A DNA stretch of 57,509 nucleotides, from the IMG/VR virus record IMGVR_UViG_3300028840_002812, positions 1 through 57,509 of that record; one strand, 5' to 3'. This DNA is from a virus (taxonomy: Duplodnaviria > Caudoviricetes). The notes under the pieces are model-generated. The model made no database searches and was not told the DNA's origin. It saw nothing but the letters and a program-made list of their open reading frames with translations. Positions 38,603-50,615 of this stretch are shown here, in pieces; position 1 is the first letter of the stretch; the number at the start of each line of letters is the position of its first letter. Position numbers and translations under genes: made by a program.

Positions 38603-41600
38603 TTATGTGATATATGTTGAGAACTTTAGTGGATTAGTTCTTTTTAAAATTGTGCTAGTAGTTATCCCAGCAAATCCATTTAATGTATAGGAATTAAACT
38701 CTTTATTTTTTGTTCTACTACTTAACAGTATCCTGCCCCAACTATATTCTCCAAAGAAATTATTGGAATTAATTCCAATTAATGAATCGTGATTTTGCAC
38801 ACTTGTAGATACTCTGGTTACATACGTAATCCCAATACCAATAACTGTAGTTTGCGCTATTGATACTGAAGATGCTTGATAAACATTATCTATAAAGGTT
38901 GTACCTATTCCAACAATACCATTAAAATCTAATGAAGTTGTTGCTTCTCCGATATTTGAGTTATATACTACAAAATAATAACCGGTTTGTATTCCACTAA
39001 TTGTAGTGACTCCTGTTACAGAAGCGTCTCTTAAGAAAGAATTTTTTGGAATATAAAAATCAAATACTATTACTGTTGATGCAACGCCAATAGATCCTGT
39101 AGAAATTCCTACAATAGTTCCAAAATCACCTTCGTAAGACTCTACAGAGTTAACCTCTTTTGTTAAAGCTGGGGGTTCAATTAATATGATAGGGGAATTT
39201 GTGAATGTATACCCAACTCCGGGGTTAATAATATCAATTGATGACACATTTCCTGAAGTTATGGATGATATTGCGATTGCATTTATTGGAATTGTAGTTC
39301 CGATTCCAACTGAATTTTGAATTGTAACTACTGGTGGCGAGAGATAACCCTCTCCACCATCGACAATTTGAATAGATGCAATAGTACCCGCAACGGACAC
39401 TATTGCTGACGCAGCTGCGCCAACTTTAGATTCTTGTGAGATAAATGTTATTGAATTTTGGAATGATAGTGAAATATTATTTTCATTAATTTGATTAAAG
39501 AATGGTCTAATACTATCGACATAAACAATAGTAGACCCAACACCAACCGGTTGAATTAGATATGCAGTTGGATTGATTACCGAATTATACAAAATTCTAT
39601 CTTTCGCAATTTCTTGTTCGTTAATAATTCTATCCTCAGTTTGTCTACACCAAGTTACCGATCTTTCTAGATTTTCATCATCAGTATTTCCTGGTCCAAA
39701 ATACGGATTGGTATTCACATTATCAGTAGAATTAATACTCGTCACTGTACGTGCTTCTTCTTGTAGTGTTGGAGATTGGCCAGTAGAAGAATCGTATCCA
39801 ATTGTTAAATTATCTCCAACCTTTACAGTTTCTAATATGTTCACATCAATAACATCAACGTTTTTAGTTCCTCTGTAGAATAAAATCTTAGAAGTATCTC
39901 CAATTTTAGGTGGTTCTGTAAATTTAATTGAACTGCCCCCGTTAAAGAGGTAACTTTCTCCAGGAACCTGTAGAATATCATTGATGAATACTAATAAAGT
40001 ATCCTGAACGTTAATGCCCGAACCTTTTGAGGAGCGAATTGAAATTAAATTACCTGCAACGGTAAGTGGGAATCTAGATATCTTTCCGTTGAACTTATCA
40101 TTTAATTTATCGAGAACTTGAAGTTCTCCAATTGACCACCCAGCAAACTTATCGGAAGTTGTTTTTTGAATTGAAATTTGGAATTCTCTGAATGAAGATC
40201 CTGTGGTGGGAATTCCAATTACTCCCCCAACCGGAACTGTTAAAATTTGATCTTCACCGTACCCATATCCAGTATTAACAATTTCAAAATCAATAACGCT
40301 AGATCCCTGACCAACAACTATATTAATCTTTGCTCCAGTACCAACTCCAGAAGATGAAGAACTATAAACCAATGGGATGTTTGTATACGATAGTGGGTCA
40401 TCAAATATTACATAGGGTGGATTTGTAGAAGTGTATCCAGATCCAGGATTTGATATATCAATACTTACAACGTGTCCTCCACTTACAACAGCAGTTCCAA
40501 TAAATTCAATATTCGGAGTTTCTATAGATAATGATGTAACACCAACATTTACAACCTGTACTACTTCTCTATATCCAGAACCACTGTTCCCAACACTAAT
40601 AAAAGAAATAGTTCCTGCAACTGAAACAACTGCAGTTCCTCCAGCAGAAACTAAAGGTTGGTATCCAAATCCCTCAGTTGAACCAACAGAAACAATAATC
40701 CCACCGCGAGGAATACTTGCAGTATTTACATCATAAGAAACAGATTCTGCAGTTCCAGTAAAAGTAATTGATGTGATTCCCAAATATTCTGAGAGATTGT
40801 AGTCATTAGTTAATCCTGGACCTTGAAATATTTCGTTGACTAGAATTATTGCATTTTCATCTTCTATTCCTAAAACATCCGAACCATTTGAAGATAATCT
40901 AAAATCTTTCATAAATCCATCAAACTCTGACGAAATGTCGTCAAAAATATAATTTTTAGAATAAGTTTCTTCGGAAGAATTTGGAGTTCCAGATCTCGTA
41001 AAGGTTCTTCCTTGGAATGTAGACCTGGAGGATAGTCCTTCCCAATCCCTTTCATCTGGCATATTTGTAGTGCTACTCAATGGTATATTTCCATAAGGTG
41101 CAGTAACAAAATTAATCACATTATCTATAATATTGTAATTACCATTTATCTTTTTGATTAAAGATCCGGTAGAGTGCCCTACAAGAGAAGATCCCATCCA
41201 AGGTCTACGAACTTGGATTGCATTAGTACTTCCAATACCAATACTCTCAATTTTCATAATTTCTTCCCCAATTCTTATTAGATCACCACCAAAAAATGAG
41301 GTAATTCCAGTAAAATAGATTATATTATCTGTGGTGGCAACGTTAGTTGCTAAGGTGGATGTGATTTCTGTCGAAATAATTGGAGATTGAATTATATTAT
41401 CAATAGCAACAACTACTTTCGAATTTTGATTTGTAGATGTAAATCTGTGGGCAGAACCAATACCAACGCTAGTAATTGATAAAGTTTTTGGTGTTATTTT
41501 TAGAGCATCCTGAGCAGTTCTTGCTAGTTTAATTGTGTTCACATCAACCTTGACGATAAACACTTCATTCGGTAGTTTATCGGTTAATCCAATCCCAGCA

Positions 41601-44600
41601 AAACTAGTTGTAGCAATTCCGATAGATTGCTCCGATCCTTCAGCACCATTATCATATCTAACTAATTCCCCGCTTACAAAGAAGTGATTTGGGATTGTAA
41701 TAGAACTTGATGCAATACTAACTATCGAAGAATTTTCGCCAATAAAATATCTTTCGAAAATAGGAGCATTTTTATGAGTCAGATTAAAAGATCTCTTAAT
41801 ATCAGTTTCAGTTCCTTCGTATGATGCGTGATCTGTTTGAATTTCAGAGTTTATAAAACTAATTATATCCTTCTCATCATCTTGATTTCTTAAAGCATTG
41901 AGATAAATTTTTACATTTACATCAATGTCCGGAAGTGGTGTAAATGTAATAATTACTGCTGAAGATGACTTATATGCCCCAACAGTGCCCAATCCAGATA
42001 AAGTATTTAAAATTCCATATTCAGTAATGTAAACACCATTGTCATTATCGACAGCAGCAACTTCAGAAATTTGATGTATATTATTTGTATTATCGGAAAC
42101 TTGGATTACTAAATATGCCCCATCATAAAGATCAGGATATTCGCAAATTTCTATTGGAATCGGGGCAGATGTTGATGCAATAGAAACAGATCTACCTTGT
42201 AACAATGCGTGTTTCATTTCATAAGTACCAATACCAACAGATAACGTACTTCCAAACAACACACTGATTGTATTGATAGTCACTGCAATTCCAACATTTG
42301 ATATGAAATCAACATTCAATTGAGCGTCAGAAATATATGAATAATAAGTTCCCAACCCAGAATATGAGAAAGAATCTGTGGAGTGATTTGTTAGTTGCCC
42401 ATATTCCAATAGTTCTACATTTATCCCATCGTGAATTAATGTTAGTTCATCAAATTCATATTTTCCATTTTCAGCAGCAATAGAAACTAAAACTTTTGCT
42501 GCCCTATAAGTTGTTGCAATACCAACAATAGTAGTTGATCCGGAGGAAACGGAAACGCTACTGGATTGGATATTAACAACTTCACCAAAAGAGGTGTTTC
42601 CTATAGAAGAAAGAACGTCATTAATATTATAAGATAATGACGTGATATAAAAATCATTAATAGCAAACTTAATTGGATAAAAACGAAGAATTCCCTCTGA
42701 ACCATCAATCGAAAGATCAAATGACCCCATATCATAAGTACTTTCAACTCTTGCATATTGATTAAGATAAGTATTTCCTAAATCATCTATTAATGTGGTA
42801 ATAACTAAAAGTTGTCTTTCATTAAAAAATCTTTTGTCGGTTACATATGTGATATATTTTTGGGATCTGACATCCGTAAGATTAAATCTATGAACTTCTG
42901 CGTATCTTGTTGGTCTTGGATTGCTGTTAAACTCTGAACTTATATCATCAATAGAAAGAACTCTATTTCCTATAGATTCTGAATAATCAGTTAAAATTTT
43001 ATTGGAAAAAATAATTTCATCGGAAAGTATTTTATTTCCAATTTGTAGCGCATTCTCTCTTACTAAATCAAAGTCATAAACGCAATTAAGATTTACTACT
43101 CCAATAAGATCAGATACAACTTCTATTGATGCAAATCCGATAGAAGTTGTATCTATCCCAACAGTCGATTCTAATTGATAATCAGAAAACTTTTTAAATC
43201 CTGATGTGTGGTTCAATGTACTAACCACATCATTCCAAGTATCGAAATCAACTCTAGATTTCAGCGAATATGAGAAGTTTTGGTAATAAAAACTATCTTG
43301 AATTCTTTGGATATTATCATTTAAAAATCCTGCCGAAGATTGCCATCCATTCTCAAATCTCGAAGATGAACCGAGATTTATAAATGCCTCAAATGCAGAA
43401 ACTGAAGATGCAATACCTTGAGTTCTTGATGATGATCCTTTAACTAAATCTCCAACTTTAAAATTATCTTTAGATATTATACTTACAAGATTGATTTTTT
43501 GATCCCAAGATTCAACTGTCCCAATTGAAGAATCTGAAATAACAGTTTCTCCGATGATATAATCATTTTTTTTAAGTGAAATTTTAAAGGTTGGAAAATA
43601 TTTTTCCGGAATAATTCTTCCAGAAGAATTAGTTGGTTCAAACTCTCCTGGAAATTCTGCATCATTTAAAAATTCGCTTAGGTTATAAGTTACAGATCCA
43701 ATGCCACCAATATTTGAATCTACTGAAGTAATTGTGAATAACTGATAATTATAATCCTCAGAATTAAATCCACTTCCTGATGCTACTATTCCAATATTTT
43801 CAACTAAAACTTTATCATTAACTGCGAATGGGAATGCACTTACCGTACTAAAACCAACTGATAAAGTTACGAACACATCTTTCGTAATATCATTAAATTC
43901 TACATTTGAAATTCCTACACCATTGGAATTTTGTGTTGGTAAAATTGTAGGTGTTATAGGATTTAATGCAAAAGTATTTTCTAGTATTTCTACTTTATTG
44001 TCTCCTAAAGTAAATTTCAAATCCGCTTCGGGGATAACTTGGTTAGTTTTGCCATCCAATACTAAAAGTTTTGGAGCAGTTGTATATCCTCTACCGAATG
44101 AAGTTACTTCAACAGAATCTAGAGAAGAAAGAGGATCGATTTTTAGTATTTGTGGAATTGATACACTAGGTTTTAATGTGAAATCTGCGGGGAAATTAAA
44201 TCCAATATTGTTGATTCTTGTCTTTTTAATTTTCCCAATAGAAGTACTAGATGCTTCAAGTATTGCATTTTTTCCTTCTAATGAATTTACTAAGGAAATT
44301 TTTGGTAAAGAATAGTAGTTTTGACCTTTGTTTACTATTTTTGTTTTGGATATAGATCCTGTAATAAATCGTGAAGTTGTTTCGTAAGTAATTTTAGAAG
44401 AATATGAATTGTAGGAGTTATTTTCCGGAATAAATGGAATATTATACGTAAATGAAGTTCCTGAAGTGGAAATTACGTTATATACTCCATTATATCTACT
44501 AAATTGCACATTAATTTGATTGTTTCCAACAACTTCAGTATCAATGTTAATCAATCTCTTAGATTCTGGAAGATTGCTATCATATACGGGAACTAAGGTA

Positions 44601-47600
44601 TAGTATAGATTTTCTGGTGTTTTTTCATTTATAGTTAAAATAACTCTAGCATCACTTGTAATTCCTACAGAACCTATTTTTTGAACTTCAAATACAGAAT
44701 CTTCTTCATTATTAATATAAGGTTCTGTAAAATTAGCATCCTTGAAAAATTTTAAATCAAATCCACTATAAGCAGATGATTGCCTTACATACCCTAAAGA
44801 TGAATCCGAAACATCAAACACCAATGTCGAATTTTTATATGCATTTATTTGTGAGTTTATCTTTGTTAAAGTTCCTGATGATGCACTATGAATACTTACA
44901 ACTTCTGGATTTGAATTAAGTGAGTCGTAATAACTATTAGTTAATTTGACGGTATTTTCGTCTACAATAAAAATATAATATTCTTTATTATTTTGAAGAC
45001 CATTTGAGGGTAAAGATGAAGTATAAACTATCTTTTGCCCAGATCTAAATCCGTGGTCATTAATAGAAATAGTATTATTGGTAGTATTAACGTCAGATGT
45101 CTCAAAGTCTTTAGGATCTACTAATGTCTTTCTATTGAAATCATTATATTTTAAAACTACTGTAGTTGCAATTGAAGGATTTACTGTAATAAAAACAGTT
45201 TCATTATTTAAAAGACCGTGAGATTGTGCAGTTGAAACAGTCACTTCATTTTTAAATATATTGCCTGCTAATACCTCATATGTTGTTTTTAAACTATGAT
45301 ATTCTCCGGAACCAAAATCAGTAAAATAAAGTAAACCATAAGTGTTAGTAGCACTTGTTAATCCAACAAAAGTTCCTCCAGTTCCAAGACCAACTATAAA
45401 TGTGGAAATACCAATTAAATCATCGGTTAGTTTAGCAACATAAAGTATAGATTGATCATTCAGAACCAATGAATTTGATATTCCATTTGTAGATACACCG
45501 ATTGGAGAACCGCCATTGAACGAGTAAATTAACTTATCCCCAGTTTGTAATCTGTGATTTGGGATGTAAATTGATCTTGTTGGTATGAAAATTTCAGTAA
45601 GTCCAGCACCTGGATTGGAGAATACTATTGTAGAACCAATACCAATTCCTACCATAGTTCCCAATCCGACAGAATCAATTGGATTGAAATATAGTTCACG
45701 GTTAACTTTATAATTATATTGTGTTGTTATACGACTATTAATTGTTAATTTTCTGGGAATTTCATATAAAACTTCAGTAACACTATATGCAAACCCAACA
45801 GTTCCATCAACTTCCCTTAAAACTCTAATTCTGGAAGATCTTTGGTCAACATTTAAAACTTTAACTCTTTCAGTACCTATCCCCAAGATATCATTTTCTC
45901 GAATATTTGGGTAATTTAAATTACCTGCAACTGAAAAATAAGTAACAATTCCAGTTACGGAAGTACTACCGATTCCTGAGGTAAGTGCAATTGTATTTGT
46001 GGATACGCCTATCCTATAAGATCCTTCAATTGAAGAAGATGTTGTATTAAAACCAGCGATAGATATTAGTTCTACATTCTGCAAATTATGCGGATTTGGG
46101 GAAAATAATAAAAAGTCACCTCGGTTTCCACTGGGATAAAATTCAACATTAAAAATTGATGTTGATGCAACACTAATAGAATTCACAGGTTTACCAAAAA
46201 TTCTTTCAACTTCTGCTGATGCATTGAATCCATCTGTCCCTTCATCATCAAAAGCAAGTTGATCCCCAATTCTATAATCAGATCCGCCAAAAATAATATC
46301 AATTTTTTCAATAGATCCTGGAGAAGCAAATTTGATATCTATTGATTGTTCTAATTCATTCGGAAGTTCTAAGTATGAATATGAATTTTTCCCTTCAGTT
46401 AAATTGTAAGGAGTAGTGTTTCTAGACCAATTAGTTTGATTTAAATCAATAGTATCTTGATTAGATGATTTGGTAAAATTAAATTGATTAGGTCTTGATT
46501 TAAATCTATTTCCAATAAGGAAAGGAAATACTGGTTTCTTATAACCAGAAAAAGTACCAGAAGTTTCTGCATCCAAATTACTAATTGTTGCAAAATATGC
46601 ATAAGTTCCATTTGGAAATTCCGGTGTTATACAAAATCTTCCATTGTATTGATCGAGAACCGATTGATCCGAAACATTAAAATGTGTATAGTCTTCAATA
46701 AAAAATCCTAAAGGAAAACTAGATACTGGTGGTCTATTTGACTTTGGAGATTCATCTTCCCTATATCCAGACTTCATTTGAACAGCATCTCCACCCTGAA
46801 TAGAAGAATAACCATAAGGTCCATAAATTGGATTTCCGTCGTATGCCCATCCTATGATGGGGGAGTGGTCAATTGAAGTAATCTCTCCATTTGAACCTTT
46901 TCTTAAGTCTTTTCTTCCATATAAAATATTACCATCTTGATCATTCGCATAAACAATTTCTCTAAGTTTTCTTGGGACATAAAGATGAGCATATTCCAAC
47001 TCGTATTCTTCATTAAGTCCTTCTGCTAATATACCATCATCATCTGCGATTAATGATAAGGATTTTTGAAATAGATTTACATTCCAAGTTTGAATCTTCG
47101 CAACAAATTCTGCTAAGGATCCTGCAGGAGTAATTAATATTGTGGTGTTATTTGGTAAGTATCCAATACCAGATTCTATAACTTTGATTTTGGTTAATCT
47201 CCCATTTTCAATAATTGGTGTGAGAACGGCACCAATACCATCACCAATAATTTCTAAATTTGGAGCTGAGTTATAATCTCTACCTGAAGTATTAATTAAA
47301 ACTTCTACAATTCTTCCATTCGAGATAATAGGTGTGACTTGGGCACCAAATCCACTATTCAATCTAAATGATGGTTGCCTATTATAATTTAAAATTTGAG
47401 AAGCACCATATCCAACACCACCCGATTCTAGATGAACTGAAGTAATTTCGCCTCTGAATATGGGTTGGACGATTGCTTTAAATTGTACTGCACCACTAAC
47501 ATTACCAATGACCTCTACCGAAATTTCTGGATAATTAAAAGTGTGAATTCCGGAACCGATGGAAGTAAAGTCAATAAACTGCTTTGTACTAAAGAAAAAG

Positions 47601-50600
47601 TCTTTGGGTTGTGTTCCAGATCCTGTTTGAGATAATTTAAAATTGTTGTCATCGACCACATTTACATAATATTCATTGTTATTGGTCAATCCGCCAATTT
47701 CATTTCCACTTGATAAATATTTTACAATTTCTCCAGTTTTAAAATCATGATTTAAAATATTAATCTGATTGATGGATGTGTTTATTCCGGATATGGTACT
47801 AGATACTGTTCTTTTTTTATTTTCATATCCAAATCCAGAATTTTCAACATTAATTGAACCGATTACTGATTTTTTATTGAATGATGTCAATGCGTGATTA
47901 CCAATACCAAAAGATGTTAATTGTATTGTATTAATTCCAGCAACTGCATCGTCTAATGTATTATGAAGTTTAATAAGTATTGGAGATTGGACCGCAACAT
48001 AATACGAAGAGTCTGTAGATATCCCGCCAACACTTTTTTGTCCATTTGTTTTGTAGATTATTCTTTCCGCATTTCTAAACTTATGAAATGTAGTAAATCC
48101 TATAGAATTATTTGTAATAGATACTTGGGCAGCATTAATTTCAGAATTGAACTGAGATTCGTGATCTACTAGTTTCATATTTGCAAAAGCATTTGCACCT
48201 ATGCCGTTTCCTCCAGTAATTTTAATAACGGGTGTTTCGGCATAATCAAAACCTGGATCAATAATTCTAATTTCATTCAAAGAACCCTTTACTGCACAGA
48301 ATGCAGATGAACCAGAACCGATTGGGTCAACAATGGATAAAATTGGTGGATGGATAATATCATAACCAGTTCCTTGAGCAACAACATCCACTTCATTTAA
48401 TTTTCCAGAATAAACCGTATCCTTTGATTTATAATTTAAAATTTCAACCCCATTAATCAAAATGCCGATAAACCCTGGTTCTGTATCATAAATTCCTCCG
48501 TCATTTGAAGGCAAAGAAATTTCTCTTAAGAGTTTTTGTGAATTTAAAGTTTTATCTTTAAAATTAAAAAGTTCAATTTTATTTGAAGTTACTGTAATGG
48601 GAGTATCTGTATAAACTGAAACAAATTTTGATTTATATTTGATGGGATCAGACAAAGCAAGGTAAATATCTGCTCTACTTAAGGCAAATTTGACTGTTGT
48701 TTCGTTTACTCTATGGATATAATAAATTCCCTCGTCAAATACTTTACTTAGTATTTTATTTCCCGATTTCTGGGGAGTGTAATAAATTGCATCTCCGGTA
48801 TAAAAACCATGATCACGTAACCGACTATCTAAATCTATAATAGTAAATTCATCGGAATTAAAGGTTCCTTTGAATATTATTTCCCTAGAAGTAATTTCGA
48901 GATCTTGGCTATCATAATATGGTAGTGAAGACGATGCGACTAAAAGTTTATTTTTATCCTTATATACATTTTGAATATTTGCACTAATGACTGATGTACT
49001 TGAAAATGTAGATGAATTAACTTTTGGTATATTACGGATTACGGTATAAGTATCAGTTGTTGATAAAATTCCCTGTTCTCCGATAATAAAGGATTTCTCG
49101 GAAATTACATCAAATATGACAGATTCTACCTCTATTCCAGCACTATTTTTAATTCTGAGAGTATCACCTATTCTAAAAATGTGATTTGAAGATGTATTAA
49201 TTCTATATGTACTACTCGAACTATCTACCAATAAAATTGATTCTACTTTATAATTTGTAGGTGCATTAAAAAACCAATTATTAGAAATGGAATCTTTTGG
49301 GTTTACTCCCAAAGTTTTGATTTTAGACTCATACCCTTTCTTCAAATAAAATGTGTCGCTTACGATATCGAAATCTTTTAATACCGAAGTAATTCTGACT
49401 TTAATTATTTCGTTTTGATTAATAAAAGAATTTCCATATGCAAACACGTTAAGACTTATTGAAGAAGAATCTTCAATTATTCCTACCATATTTGAACATC
49501 CAAAAAATTGAGTAATGTTTTTAGATGTGTAAAATACTATCCCTTCAGACCCATCATTGTAGATTACTGAAAGTTCTCCGCTTTCTGGAAATCCTATTGT
49601 TGAATCAACATCGATTGATGTTGAATTTGGAGCATATTTGCCAATTACTTTTGTTTGCGGATGGATTTTAAATTCTCCATATATCGCACCATCAACTCTA
49701 ATATCTCTGTCATAATTTGCATCAATACTTAATTTATAATATTCTTTACCATCTTTAGATATAATTTTTTCAACTTTAGTAATAGGTGCATATGCACTAG
49801 TAAATCCAACATATTCTTTTTGGTATAATGTAGAATTTTCTAGATTTTCAGGATTTCCCTCAATACGTTCTACTACAAAATCTCTTGTAATTTGAAATTG
49901 TGCGTCTGATGGTCTAAAAAGATAATCTCTTGGTTTGATTATGCTTACATTCTCTCCATATAAAGATTTAAACAATATTTCAAAAGATTGATCTGTACCT
50001 TTACTGCGATAAAAATCTTTTGATTGTTTAATGAATAGTGATTGATTTAAATCTTCTATTAAATTTCTATTTTCAAATCCTGGTATTAATTGATGTTTAA
50101 TTTTTAATAAAAATTCTTTTAAAAATAAAGAACTTAAATTTGTGATTGTAGATCCGACAAAGTGATCAGAAGATGTGGTTTTTGAAAATACTAATTGTTC
50201 TGAATCGGTGGGAGATATGTAAGAACTAATGCCACTAAATCCTCTTATGCATCCGACAAAAGAATCAAATGTTTTTCCCGTATAAGTGATGATTTCTTCA
50301 TCGATTCTTATGAGACCATACTTTTCAGGAAATCCTTGAGTTCCAGAAGTGGATTTAGAAATATCTACAAAAATGGTATCATCAAATGAAGAAATGTCGT
50401 GCAATAAAACAACATAATCAATCTGATCAGTTACATTATCTACCTTAATATAATTATCAATATTTTGAATTAAATCGATAGGAGCTCCCTGAAACTCTTG
50501 AGATATGTAATATTGTGATAAAAATTCAGATATTAATGGAAACTCTTCTGTAACGTAAGAAGGAAGTTGATTTTTAACAATATTGTTAAATTGGATTCTT

Positions 50601-50611
50601 TTCTCTGGCAT
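38603..50611 (-). CDS. gp7: Giant baseplate wedge initiator (gp7-like, 4002 aa)
   Basis: KDFYRSKGT and IQDSFYYQNFSYSLKS...HTSGFK motifs; many GxGY..P and HxF..GD.I.Y repeats; between gp6 and gp8. Confidence 0.85.
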   Translation of the reverse strand: MPEKRIQFNNIVKNQLPSYVTEEFPLISEFLSQYYISQEFQGAPIDLIQNIDNYIKVDNVTDQIDYVVLLHDISSFDDTIFVDISKSTSGTQGFPEKYGLIRIDEEIITYTGKTFDSFVGCIRGFSGISSYISPTDSEQLVFSKTTSSDHFVGSTITNLSSLFLKEFLLKIKHQLIPGFENRNLIEDLNQSLFIKQSKDFYRSKGTDQSFEILFKSLYGENVSIIKPRDYLFRPSDAQFQITRDFVVERIEGNPENLENSTLYQKEYVGFTSAYAPITKVEKIISKDGKEYYKLSIDANYDRDIRVDGAIYGEFKIHPQTKVIGKYAPNSTSIDVDSTIGFPESGELSVIYNDGSEGIVFYTSKNITQFFGCSNMVGIIEDSSSISLNVFAYGNSFINQNEIIKVRITSVLKDFDIVSDTFYLKKGYESKIKTLGVNPKDSISNNWFFNAPTNYKVESILLVDSSSSTYRINTSSNHIFRIGDTLRIKNSAGIEVESVIFDVISEKSFIIGEQGILSTTDTYTVIRNIPKVNSSTFSSTSVISANIQNVYKDKNKLLVASSSLPYYDSQDLEITSREIIFKGTFNSDEFTIIDLDSRLRDHGFYTGDAIYYTPQKSGNKILSKVFDEGIYYIHRVNETTVKFALSRADIYLALSDPIKYKSKFVSVYTDTPITVTSNKIELFNFKDKTLNSQKLLREISLPSNDGGIYDTEPGFIGILINGVEILNYKSKDTVYSGKLNEVDVVAQGTGYDIIHPPILSIVDPIGSGSSAFCAVKGSLNEIRIIDPGFDYAETPVIKITGGNGIGANAFANMKLVDHESQFNSEINAAQVSITNNSIGFTTFHKFRNAERIIYKTNGQKSVGGISTDSSYYVAVQSPILIKLHNTLDDAVAGINTIQLTSFGIGNHALTSFNKKSVIGSINVENSGFGYENKKRTVSSTISGINTSINQINILNHDFKTGEIVKYLSSGNEIGGLTNNNEYYVNVVDDNNFKLSQTGSGTQPKDFFFSTKQFIDFTSIGSGIHTFNYPEISVEVIGNVSGAVQFKAIVQPIFRGEITSVHLESGGVGYGASQILNYNRQPSFRLNSGFGAQVTPIISNGRIVEVLINTSGRDYNSAPNLEIIGDGIGAVLTPIIENGRLTKIKVIESGIGYLPNNTTILITPAGSLAEFVAKIQTWNVNLFQKSLSLIADDDGILAEGLNEEYELEYAHLYVPRKLREIVYANDQDGNILYGRKDLRKGSNGEITSIDHSPIIGWAYDGNPIYGPYGYSSIQGGDAVQMKSGYREDESPKSNRPPVSSFPLGFFIEDYTHFNVSDQSVLDQYNGRFCITPEFPNGTYAYFATISNLDAETSGTFSGYKKPVFPFLIGNRFKSRPNQFNFTKSSNQDTIDLNQTNWSRNTTPYNLTEGKNSYSYLELPNELEQSIDIKFASPGSIEKIDIIFGGSDYRIGDQLAFDDEGTDGFNASAEVERIFGKPVNSISVASTSIFNVEFYPSGNRGDFLLFSPNPHNLQNVELISIAGFNTTSSSIEGSYRIGVSTNTIALTSGIGSTSVTGIVTYFSVAGNLNYPNIRENDILGIGTERVKVLNVDQRSSRIRVLREVDGTVGFAYSVTEVLYEIPRKLTINSRITTQYNYKVNRELYFNPIDSVGLGTMVGIGIGSTIVFSNPGAGLTEIFIPTRSIYIPNHRLQTGDKLIYSFNGGSPIGVSTNGISNSLVLNDQSILYVAKLTDDLIGISTFIVGLGTGGTFVGLTSATNTYGLLYFTDFGSGEYHSLKTTYEVLAGNIFKNEVTVSTAQSHGLLNNETVFITVNPSIATTVVLKYNDFNRKTLVDPKDFETSDVNTTNNTISINDHGFRSGQKIVYTSSLPSNGLQNNKEYYIFIVDENTVKLTNSYYDSLNSNPEVVSIHSASSGTLTKINSQINAYKNSTLVFDVSDSSLGYVRQSSAYSGFDLKFFKDANFTEPYINNEEDSVFEVQKIGSVGITSDARVILTINEKTPENLYYTLVPVYDSNLPESKRLINIDTEVVGNNQINVQFSRYNGVYNVISTSGTSFTYNIPFIPENNSYNSYSSKITYETTSRFITGSISKTKIVNKGQNYYSLPKISLVNSLEGKNAILEASSTSIGKIKKTRINNIGFNFPADFTLKPSVSIPQILKIDPLSSLDSVEVTSFGRGYTTAPKLLVLDGKTNQVIPEADLKFTLGDNKVEILENTFALNPITPTILPTQNSNGVGISNVEFNDITKDVFVTLSVGFSTVSAFPFAVNDKVLVENIGIVASGSGFNSEDYNYQLFTITSVDSNIGGIGSVTYNLSEFLNDAEFPGEFEPTNSSGRIIPEKYFPTFKISLKKNDYIIGETVISDSSIGTVESWDQKINLVSIISKDNFKVGDLVKGSSSRTQGIASSVSAFEAFINLGSSSRFENGWQSSAGFLNDNIQRIQDSFYYQNFSYSLKSRVDFDTWNDVVSTLNHTSGFKKFSDYQLESTVGIDTTSIGFASIEVVSDLIGVVNLNCVYDFDLVRENALQIGNKILSDEIIFSNKILTDYSESIGNRVLSIDDISSEFNSNPRPTRYAEVHRFNLTDVRSQKYITYVTDKRFFNERQLLVITTLIDDLGNTYLNQYARVESTYDMGSFDLSIDGSEGILRFYPIKFAINDFYITSLSYNINDVLSSIGNTSFGEVVNIQSSSVSVSSGSTTIVGIATTYRAAKVLVSIAAENGKYEFDELTLIHDGINVELLEYGQLTNHSTDSFSYSGLGTYYSYISDAQLNVDFISNVGIAVTINTISVLFGSTLSVGIGTYEMKHALLQGRSVSIASTSAPIPIEICEYPDLYDGAYLVIQVSDNTNNIHQISEVAAVDNDNGVYITEYGILNTLSGLGTVGAYKSSSAVIITFTPLPDIDVNVKIYLNALRNQDDEKDIISFINSEIQTDHASYEGTETDIKRSFNLTHKNAPIFERYFIGENSSIVSIASSSITIPNHFFVSGELVRYDNGAEGSEQSIGIATTSFAGIGLTDKLPNEVFIVKVDVNTIKLARTAQDALKITPKTLSITSVGIGSAHRFTSTNQNSKVVVAIDNIIQSPIISTEITSTLATNVATTDNIIYFTGITSFFGGDLIRIGEEIMKIESIGIGSTNAIQVRRPWMGSSLVGHSTGSLIKKINGNYNIIDNVINFVTAPYGNIPLSSTTNMPDERDWEGLSSRSTFQGRTFTRSGTPNSSEETYSKNYIFDDISSEFDGFMKDFRLSSNGSDVLGIEDENAIILVNEIFQGPGLTNDYNLSEYLGITSITFTGTAESVSYDVNTASIPRGGIIVSVGSTEGFGYQPLVSAGGTAVVSVAGTISFISVGNSGSGYREVVQVVNVGVTSLSIETPNIEFIGTAVVSGGHVVSIDISNPGSGYTSTNPPYVIFDDPLSYTNIPLVYSSSSSGVGTGAKINIVVGQGSSVIDFEIVNTGYGYGEDQILTVPVGGVIGIPTTGSSFREFQISIQKTTSDKFAGWSIGELQVLDKLNDKFNGKISRFPLTVAGNLISIRSSKGSGINVQDTLLVFINDILQVPGESYLFNGGSSIKFTEPPKIGDTSKILFYRGTKNVDVIDVNILETVKVGDNLTIGYDSSTGQSPTLQEEARTVTSINSTDNVNTNPYFGPGNTDDENLERSVTWCRQTEDRIINEQEIAKDRILYNSVINPTAYLIQPVGVGSTIVYVDSIRPFFNQINENNISLSFQNSITFISQESKVGAAASAIVSVAGTIASIQIVDGGEGYLSPPVVTIQNSVGIGTTIPINAIAISSITSGNVSSIDIINPGVGYTFTNSPIILIEPPALTKEVNSVESYEGDFGTIVGISTGSIGVASTVIVFDFYIPKNSFLRDASVTGVTTISGIQTGYYFVVYNSNIGEATTSLDFNGIVGIGTTFIDNVYQASSVSIAQTTVIGIGITYVTRVSTSVQNHDSLIGINSNNFFGEYSWGRILLSSRTKNKEFNSYTLNGFAGITTSTILKRTNPLKFSTYIT

Positions 50612-50615
50612 TTTG

